NCBI GenBank assembly: GCA_030141605.1
Contig: JAQGDQ010002180.1
Location: 1 to 10,792 of the forward strand
Origin: Tubiluchus corallicola
Taxonomy: Eukaryota; Animalia; Priapulida
Reading direction: 5' to 3'
Length of the DNA: 10,792 nucleotides
This document shows, piece by piece, positions 1 through 9,226 of the stretch; positions within the stretch are counted from its first letter, which is position 1; each line of letters begins with the position of its first letter. The notes under the pieces are model-generated. The model did not search any database and was not told the origin of the DNA. It saw only the letters and a list, made by a program, of their open reading frames with translations. Both the position numbers and the translations under genes were made by a program.

Positions 1-975
1 TTGTGGCTTACCATAACTGTATGCTTGTGACTACGCTCTATAGACAGTACACCTGTTTGGCTTACCATAACTGTATGCTTGTGACTACGCTTCTATAGAC
101 AGTACACCTGTGTTTGTGGCTTACCATAACTGTATGCTTGTGACTACGCTTCTATAGACAGTACACCTGTGTTTGTCAGTGCTTACCATAACTGTATGCT
201 TGTGACTACGCTTCTATAGACAGTACACCTGTGTTTGTCAGTGCTTACCATAACTGTATGCTTGTGACTACGCTTCTATAGACAGTACACCTGTGACTAC
301 GCTTCTATAGACAGTACACCTGTGACTACGCTTCTATAGACAGTACACCTGTGACTACGCTTCTATAGACAGTACACCTGTGTTTGTCAGTGCTTACCAT
401 AACTGTATGCTTGTGACTACGCTTCTATAGACAGTACACCTGTGTTTGTGGCTTACCATAACTGTATGCTTGTGACTACACCTGTGTTTGCGGGCTTACC
501 ATAACTGTATGCTTGTGACTACGCTTCTATAGACAGTACACCTGTGTTTGCGGTTTACCATAACTGTATGCTTGTGACTACGCTTCTATAGACAGTACAC
601 CTGTGTTTGTGGCTTACCATAACTGTATGCTTGTGACTACGCTTCTATAGACAGTACACCTGTGTTTGTGGCTTACCATAACTGTATGCTTGTGACTACG
701 CTTCTATAGACAGTACACCTGTGTTTGTGGCTTACCATAACTGTATGCTTGTGACTACGCTTCTATAGACAGTACACCTGTAAGAAATAAAGGGCCACCA
801 TAACTGCATGCTTAGATTACGCTTCTACAGACAAAGTACAAATCTGTGTTTGTCAGTGCCATTATTTAATTGTATGCTTAGGATTCTTCTATAGATAGTA
901 CAATCTGGGACTACGCTTATAGATAGTGCACCTAGATCACGTTTATAGACAGTACACCTTGTGACTACGCTTCTA
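1..975 (+). repeat. Minisatellite, left arm: 59-62-bp unit made of subunit A (~30-33 bp) plus subunit B (29 bp); runs off the window start
   Basis: Seen in sequence. Unit CTTACCATAACTGTATGCTT-GTGACTACGCTTCTATAGACAGTACACCT-GTGTTTGTGG starts at about 7, 61, 120, 182, 244, 393, 452, 495, 554, 613, 672 and 731. Four consecutive B-only copies lie at about 264-379. Copies at about 781-960 are degenerate. Confidence 0.97.
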
Positions 976-1418
976 TAGAAGCGTAGTCACAGGTGTACTG
1001 TTCATAGTAGCGTAGTCACAGGTGTACCGCTCCATAGAAGCGTAGTCGCTATGTACCGTTCATAAAGCGTAGTCACAGGTGTACTGTCTATAGAAGCGTA
1101 GTCACAGGTGTACTGTCTATAGAAGCGTAGTCACAGGTGTACTGTCTATAGAAGCGTAGTCACAGGTGTACTGTCTATAGAAGCGTAGTCACAGGTGTAC
1201 TGTCTATAGAAGCGTAGTCACAGGTGTACTGTCTATAGAAGCGTAGTCACAGGTGTACTGTCTATAGAAGCGTAGTCACAGGTGTACTGTCTATAGAAGC
1301 GTAGTCACAGGTGTACTGTCTATAGAAGCGTAGTCACAGGTGTACTGTCTATAGAAGCGTAGTCACAGGTGTACTGTCTATAGAAGCGTAGTCGCAAGCA
1401 TACAGTTATGGTAAGCCA
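976..1418 (-). repeat. Same minisatellite in inverted orientation: tandem 29-bp subunit B ending in one partial subunit A
   Basis: Seen in sequence. AGGTGTACTGTCTATAGAAGCGTAGTCAC (reverse complement of B) has 3 degenerate copies at 991-1076, 10 perfect copies at 1077-1366 and one single-mismatch copy at 1367-1395. AAGCATACAGTTATGGTAAGCCA (reverse complement of part of A) follows at 1396-1418. Confidence 0.97.
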
Positions 1419-2404
1419 TTGTTAATGCAGAATGTCTGCATTTTTGTTAAACATTTGAATTGAGAAACCTTGATAAATCTAGCCACCTAAGTGCGTGAAC
1501 CCCGGAACTTTACGGGAGACGTCCCGCCTACGTGAAACGCTAGCGGACTGATATTAAATGAGGGGTACCCCGATGTTCTAGTGCAAGTTGTAAGTTTTTG
1601 TTTATTGTTTTGGTTAATTAATTAATTATGCCAATTAAAAATGTTAAACCTACGGCAAACAGTTTGTTTATTTATACTTTGTTGTGTTCACTGTTTCTGT
1701 TCTCACAGTATCACCCCATTGGCCCATTCTCTGTACTTTAGGACGGACCGACCCCTCCTGCGCTTGTAACTGCCTTAGAATTCAAACAATTATTTGGCTG
1801 CTCCTTAACATTTGGAGTCATCAACCCGTTCAGCAATCCATCTTGACTTAAGTTGCCGGACCCAAGTTCGAGGCCCAGTGGGCTAGCAAAGAATTTCGTG
1901 ACCCGAATGTTACAACCTTGTAAATTTAGATTAGATTAAACTGTGTTTTGATAGCATCTTTAATTGTTCTACATAATAGCTTGGCCATAGAATTTTATCG
2001 AATTGAATTAAGATTGCACATTTTGCACTCGATCCGCCACTGTATCAAATTCTTTCTGATCAGGTCAATGATTGAAATTTTATCTGCAACAGAGCGGGGT
2101 GTCAACATGAAATTTTCATGCGCCTATAGACTTCAATTTGACCCTCAGCAATTTAAATGTTGTAAAACTGCATTATTGTATCATTTATATTTTTACCACA
2201 TAAATCAAACAATGACACTTTATGTGGCAGCCATTACCAAGAACATCAATCTCTCGAGGGGTGCACGTGAAACAAAAATCAATTCTAGAATCGACAACTA
2301 TTTTAAGAAAGAAAAGACACTATTACTTTTAATTTCTGTACCATAATGTTTTTATTAGGAATACTTACGCAAAAATAGGTTTGCAGCACGAGTGATTGAA
2401 TTTA

Positions 2405-2560
2405 GCGCACCATTCTCTCATGAATCCGCCCCCTCTACGTCCATTTCTTCACTTGGATGGCCACGACGTTGTGCACAGGTCTATCCCTGACATAATTATG
2501 TTATGAGATGATAGGCGCCATCCAAGCATCATAAATGCGTTTCATGAGAAGGTTTGGCGC
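2405..2560. repeat. Decayed long inverted repeat (possible palindromic MITE remnant)
   Basis: Nested inverted matches: GCGC 2405-2408/2557-2560, TCTCATGAA 2416-2424/TTCATGAGA 2541-2549, CTTGGATGGC 2452-2461/GCCATCCAAG 2517-2526, CTATC 2481-2485/GATAG 2510-2514, and a central palindrome ACATAATTATGT at 2490-2501. Confidence 0.5.
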
Positions 2561-3371
2561 ATCCATAGAGCAAGTTTTGACTTTTGATGGGCATCTGGAA
2601 AGCTTGAAAACTTGAATAAAAATGTCAAGTGCTGGGAACAATAATACCAGTGTGTATTGTATATCTAGGGGCGTGCAGTCTGCCTGCTAGGTGGGACAAA
2701 ATAAAAAAATAATTTCTGCGTTTTGGAACTTATCTGCAGTCTTTCAAATTGGCTTGGAACTTTGGTTTAAACAAACAAATTTCCTACATGACTAAAAAGA
2801 TCAACATTGAACCATCACGTGATCAAACCTTCATTTTCTAGTTCAACTTCCACGCTTAAGGAAATAAATATAAGCGTGGTGAACATTAGTGCTAACAATT
2901 TTTTAAGCAACATTGCAATTGTACCTTTATATTTTGTAAACAAATATGTTTAGAAATAATTTTTCTTCGGAAGAAAAATAATCACAATACGGCACAACTA
3001 TGGCATATGCTAATAATCATAGCAATGTAGTAATGATTCGCTAATAAAACAACAAGTTTAGATTGTACAGTTCAGAATTTCACAGGTTGTAACGCGAAAC
3101 ATTGAAAATTGAAAACTATAATTAAATAAAGTGATGTACTAGACTGAGATACAGCTAAATTGATTGAAAGAATTATTAGTCTGATAAAATTTTGGTTTGT
3201 GAACTTGTTGCTACCTTACTTCGCATACGGTGATTATGTTTGGTTGATATTAATCATCAATTTATGATCACGTAGCAAAAATATTTAAACGTTTTGCTGT
3301 ATTAGGTAGTTGTTTACGTATCTAAATAAATAAGAAAAATTATAGACTTGTCATAATTTTTTTATTTTTAG

Positions 3372-3433
3372 ATCCCTCGTAGCATAAACAGATGCTAAAT
3401 ACACGAGACTGGACAGTAACAAAACTAACTAAG
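3372..3433 (+). other. Candidate spliceosomal exon (62 nt)
   Basis: T-rich acceptor ...TTTTATTTTTAG ends at 3371 and a strong donor AAG|GTAAGA lies at 3433/3434. All three frames read from the exon start contain a stop, but an ATG at 3392 is open to the donor. Motif evidence only. Confidence 0.35.
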
Positions 3434-3838
3434 GTAAGATTATTTCACACTTAGATTTTTTCGTTGTAATTTTGCTACTGTAAAGCTTCTTCAAACGAAA
3501 AACGACAGTATTTCCACTTAAAAAGAATAAAAAATTAAATTAAAATGATTTTTTGAACGCACCACATGTATTATGCAAATCTAATGAGTGTAGATGATAA
3601 ATGATGTAAGATGTAATTTTTTTACCATAGTTATACAATTTTATCGTACTAATCAAGTTTTTATCTCTTTACCGGCACTTTTAATTTATTTGCACCTACT
3701 TGTGTGTTTATATTGTACTAACCATATACTACGTATTTTCTACTTTTAGCAGTTGTTTTACTTTCTGTACATTGTCGATATGTTTTTAATGGACATATAA
3801 GTCTCTTGACTTCAGTTCACAGATGTATTATAAATAAA

Positions 3839-3839
<1 letters not shown>

Positions 3840-3867
<28 letters not shown>
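3840..3867. repeat. (AAT)n microsatellite, about 9 units
   Basis: Direct reading. It is preceded by AATAAA and a T-rich stretch. Confidence 0.9.
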
Positions 3868-3869
<2 letters not shown>

Positions 3870-4068
3870 TGTTTATGTACAGCTTATTGGTAGAATAAAT
3901 CAATATTAAACCTTTTATTTTACGCTTAAACTAAAGCAGGAACTTGCAGCATGTGTCTATTGCCAGTTAATATAATCCACCGTTAATACATAGAACACGT
4001 AATTACAATAACACAACAATATTATCATTTAAAATTGTACTAACGTGGTTTCATTTTTTGCTTTGCAG

Positions 4069-4145
4069 TCAATTTTTGAAGGTATTTTACGTGTTCTAAG
4101 AGCAGTTTTCTGACAACGCTAAGACATCCATTACGATTTCTACAG
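4069..4145 (+). other. Candidate spliceosomal exon with a textbook 3' splice site
   Basis: Perfect branch point TACTAAC at 4038-4044, pyrimidine tract TTTCATTTTTTGCTTT and GCAG ending at 4068. A possible donor CAG|GTAGAA lies at 4145/4146, with an alternative AAG|GTATTT at 4081/4082. The 3' boundary is uncertain. Confidence 0.4.
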
Positions 4146-4657
4146 GTAGAAACGAGGATTTCCAAACGGATCACTTCTCAAAATACCAGAATTGTTTTTG
4201 TCGTCTTCATTTCTTTCTAAATTGTATTTGATTCAGTATTCTAACTGAACAATTTCAATATAAGCAAGTTCTATATTTGCTAGAGATCGAAGAATTCGGT
4301 TTTTGTTAGATATAAATATTAATGGTTTAAAGCACTTCTGTATTCAAAAGTTTACGATCAAATAAAGATAAGTAAATTGTTTTGTACAAAAACAAACTTA
4401 TAAAGAGATACGAGCTATTTGATAGTGATGTTGACTATCAGTGATTAGTAATCAAATTCTAAAGTGTAAATTAATGATTAATGACTTAACTAAATTGTTG
4501 TATACTAACTTGTTAATTTATGATTTAATTCGATTTATTCGTTTATAAGAAATCCAAATAACTTTAACAAAAAGAATGATACAGGATAGAGTGAGCGACG
4601 AAAGTGATGGTAGATGTAATTTTTCTAAAAGTAAAAAAGTCACTCTTTTACTCTTAA

Positions 4658-5113
4658 CCCTTTCAGTCCCAAATTATTTTTTAATAAGGAAAATTTTTGG
4701 CTTGGTACTTTTGTTCAGTATGTCCATCTTGTTTACACATAATAATTATTTTTTTCTACCTGTGCCCGCGTGCTAAATATAGCCTCTATCCCACGGGATA
4801 CATTGGGATTCAATGGAAGCATAAAATGTGCTTCATTTTGCAACTGCTGATAATTTTTTAAAGTACTTAAGACATTTAGTATGCATGCTATGCTGATCTG
4901 TACAAAGTCGTCTCTAAAATACTGTACCTTGCACAGTTTTTTATGCTATGTAGATTTTCTAGTTTGCCATTTTATCACCATTTTAGTCTATTGTAATTGG
5001 ACTAAATCAAAATAACTATTAACAGATAAAATAAATGTCAGTTTTAAAATTTTGTTAATTTTAAAGGCAGAAAATATTCTCGTATCCCACGTGATACAAC
5101 GGGTATGAAAGGG
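4658..5113. mobile_element. Non-autonomous piggyBac-superfamily DNA transposon (MITE), 456 bp
   Basis: TTAA on both sides (4654-4657, 5114-5117). The 13-bp TIRs CCCTTTCAGTCCC (4658-4670) and GGGTATGAAAGGG (5101-5113; reverse complement CCCTTTCATACCC) match at 11/13. CCC...GGG termini plus a TTAA target are the established piggyBac signature. No transposase ORF. Confidence 0.85.
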
Positions 5114-5721
5114 TTAATGGCTTCACATTTGTCACAGTCTGTCCTGGATCGGTCTTTGTTGTTTTGTGTGTCATTTTTGTTTATTTATTTGTTTACTTGT
5201 TTGTGCATTTGTTTACGTAAGCTTGTTTTGTTAAGATGTGTATCTCGGCGATTTTGTTGGACAAAGTTTGACTACTGCTTGCAAGCGCGTGCATGTAAAT
5301 AATAACACACTGTGTGTAAATACGCGATAATAAACAAAGTAATACGAATGTTTACCTGTTACGACTATTTTATTTCATTTTATATTTCTGTATCTGTAAA
5401 AGTTTTATTCAGCTTAGTTTTCTTTTCCACAGCTGAGTTATTGACACAAAATGAAAATGAATTCACACGAGCAAAAAGAAAAAAAGAGATAACCATTTTA
5501 TTAAGAACAGACGAAATGAAACGTTTGATATGTTTAAGTTTCTTTGCTTGAAAAGCCATTTTGAGAAAGTGGATAAATGCATCAGATAGAATTTAATAAA
5601 TATTAAAATAGGTGTAAATAAACAAATTGGTGAATGAAAAAGTGTTTTAAAAAAACGAAAAAATGAAAGAATGAAACAAGAAAGAATGAAACAATAATTT
5701 ATCTATTTACTTATTTATTTA

Positions 5722-6182
5722 TTTAGAGAAATTTCTTTTTGCTTTCTTTCCCGTCTTCTTTCTTTCTTTCTGTTTTCTTTCGTTCGTTCGTTCTTTTTTA
5801 TGTCTTTCTTTCATTTTGCTTTTTTCTGTCTTTATTTACTTTTTTAGAGGTATTTCCTTTTTCTTTCTTTCCTTCCTTCTTTTTTTCTTTCTTTATTATT
5901 TCTTTCGTTCGTTCGTTCTTTTTTATGTCTTTCTTTCTTTTTGCTTTTTTCTGTCTTTATTCACTTTTTTTAGAGAAATTTCTTTTTCTTTCTTTCTTTC
6001 CTTCCTTCTTTTTTTCTTTCTTTCTTTCCTTCCTTCTTTTTTCTTTCTTTCTTTCCTTCCTTCTTTTTTTCTTTCTTTCTTTCTTTCCTTCTTTTTTCTT
6101 TCTTTCTTTTTTCTTTCGTTCGTTCGTTCTTTTTTATGTCTTTCTTTCTTTTAAGCATTTTTCTGTCTTTATTTATTTTTTT
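5722..6182. repeat. Pyrimidine-rich compound repeat: about 3 copies of a ~125-bp unit built on (TTTC)n/(TTCG)n/(TTCC)n
   Basis: Anchor TTTAGAG(A/G) at about 5722, 5843 and 5969. Anchor CTTTCGTTCGTTCGTTCTTTTTTATGTCTTT at 5777, 5902 and 6113. The third unit is lengthened by internal TTTC/TTCC expansion. Confidence 0.9.
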
Positions 6183-6784
6183 CTATCTACATGTCCTGCA
6201 TCACTTCCTTCTCGCCTGCTTGATCTACTGATTCGTTCGATCACTTCTCAATTCATTCATTCATTTGTTCATTTGGATTGAAGAAAGCGTAAGCATTAGC
6301 AGACGTATCTCTACCAGAGATCTACACGTGGCAGAGGCAATATCAAGCTTAATGAAACAAATAGTGTCAGATTTTATTCTTCGGTAGAATCTGATTCGTC
6401 GAAATGGTGGAAAGTAATAGGATAATCAGATTACGTATTACACGCGTACACCATAACGCATTATGCCAGACGACACTGGTCATGCATTACGGACCATTGT
6501 TTATAATTTAAGCTAAGATGTTTACGTCTCCCTCAAGACACGCAGCTTTATACAATAATCAGAAGTGCAGATCATATTTCTTTGGTCACAAGCTCAGGTG
6601 TAAATCTTATTTACACTCATGCTACACGTGCATTAATGTGTGAGTAAGATAGTTGTCATAATGGAGATGTACGTCCAAGTTAGATGCACAGCTTTTTCTT
6701 TGTTTCCACGGATAGAAATTGGAGAATTGTTTTAAATGAAATGATAAAAAGAACATAGACAGAGCTACCATTTCCCCATTCTCG

Positions 6785-7266
<482 letters not shown>

Positions 7267-7605
7267 GGTTAGGTAGTTTTTAATTTTTAATTTTTGAGTA
7301 AGCTTTAAACATAAACCTATTTACTTTATCTCAGAAACCACAAAATTCACGTAGGTTCAGATGTGTAAAGTTACTTCTTGCGAAGAAAAGAAAGAAAACC
7401 AAAGATTTACTCTAAACTTCTTCTAGCTTGTACAATAGTCAGTTACTGCATACCTTTGAATCAATAGGCACATTTCAGTCTACTGCAGAAGTAAAGGTGA
7501 ATCCGAAACGGAAAATGACAACAGCGACAACTACAGCAGCAGCAGCAAGTAGTTGTAGCAGCTACATAAATTTGCATATGTATGCTTTATTCTTGAAGAA
7601 GAACA

Positions 7606-7716
7606 CCGGGCCTATTTCGGGGGGGGGGGAGTGGGGATACTTCCCCGGGGCCTCACCGTCCAGGGGGGCTCGCGCTAGGGTAACATTTTTTTTGCTTTAT
7701 GCGAACAACATACTGC

Positions 7717-7798
<82 letters not shown>

Positions 7799-8016
7799 CC
7801 TCTCTCTCTTGCCGCACGCGCGCCGTTTGCCAGTATTGACAAGTATTAAGGACTGGTCTTGAGAATAAAACAGTTTTTCTTTCAATTGTTCTTTCCTTTA
7901 ACAACTGTATAACTCCAAATTTTCTCTTCGAAAATGCTTCTCCGGTGTTCTAGCAGTTCAAAAAATTTTCACACGCCCCACTTCCCCGGGCCTCGCTTAG
8001 GTTGAAATAGGCCATG
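7606..8016. mobile_element. Non-autonomous hAT-type DNA transposon (MITE), 411 bp
   Basis: Perfect 8-bp TSD GAAGAACA at 7598-7605 and 8017-8024. The 13-bp TIRs CCGGGCCTATTTC (7606-7618) and GAAATAGGCCATG (8004-8016; reverse complement CATGGCCTATTTC) match at 11/13. The subterminal regions are GC-rich. An 8-bp TSD with short TIRs fits the hAT superfamily. Confidence 0.88.
7717..7809. repeat. (CT)n microsatellite inside the hAT MITE
   Basis: Direct reading. Confidence 0.97.
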
Positions 8017-8593
8017 GAAGAACATACTTATTTACAAAAATATTACCAAGAAATACCTAACAAACAAGACGTGGTCAAAAATGACAAATCTTTCGTTTTT
8101 ACGAATATCTCACAATAAAAAGTATTTCATGTTTTTTTTTGTTATATCAACGATGTTTCAACTGTTCTCTAGCTATTCTCATAATCAAATTCTGTGCAAA
8201 AATAAATGGCATATGCCTACTGACTTGAGCAAGATTACTTAAAGTCAAACTGAATCCTTGATATAATCTTTTACAGCGTAAAATGCTAGGATAAAAAACA
8301 ATATTATAGTGTGGCAGTCTTCACGGATATGTACACATTCGAAATTTGAAATAAAAATGAAAGTTATTTAACTTATAAGATTGTTTCATATAAATTAACT
8401 ATAAATAAGTATAACTGTAGCTAATAATATGTTAAAAATATAGTTAAACATATTTGATTATGAGGATATTTCAGTGTTACAATCCGGCAAGCGTTGTAAA
8501 AGTGCTCTCTCTCTATGTATATATTTTGTAAACGAACCCCTGCAAATAGAGGGGAAACAATGTATTCATTGTTTAATAAAAAGACTTATAATA

Positions 8594-8597
<4 letters not shown>

Positions 8598-8630
<33 letters not shown>
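8598..8630. repeat. (CT)n microsatellite, about 16 units
   Basis: Direct reading. Confidence 0.95.
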
Positions 8631-8633
<3 letters not shown>

Positions 8634-8731
8634 ACTGTTTTGTGTCATGATTTATTGTATCATTTGTATTAATTTGTGATGTGTATATGAACTTTGTGAA
8701 GTTTGAAATAAAATATTAAATCTAAAAAAAT

Positions 8732-9067
<336 letters not shown>

Positions 9068-9094
9068 AAAGGACTCCTAACGTGCAATTGTTAA

Positions 9095-9226
<132 letters not shown>

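Noticed and set aside
981-1395. GCGTAGTCACAGG resembles a tRNA-Ser primer-binding site (TGGCGTAGTCGGCAGG)
   Set aside because: The match is short and gapped, lacks the TGG and has no adjacent LTR end in that orientation. Probably chance.
1-1418. CRISPR array (29-bp repeat alternating with ~30-bp segments)
   Set aside because: The intervening segments are near-identical or absent rather than unique spacers. There are no cas genes and the context is eukaryotic.
1840-1885. B-box-like GTTCGAGGC suggesting a second tRNA or SINE
   Set aside because: No convincing A box at the right spacing and no cloverleaf.
1948-2346. 132-aa ORF
   Set aside because: It starts at TTG, has an AT-driven composition and shows no recognisable domain.
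4576-5551. Three short ORFs (66, 65 and 79 aa)
   Set aside because: Two of them cross the MITE boundaries. All are short and F/L/I-rich as expected of T-rich DNA, and none resembles a transposase.
5739-6281. F/S/L-rich and K/E/R-rich ORFs
   Set aside because: Translations of the pyrimidine-rich repeat.
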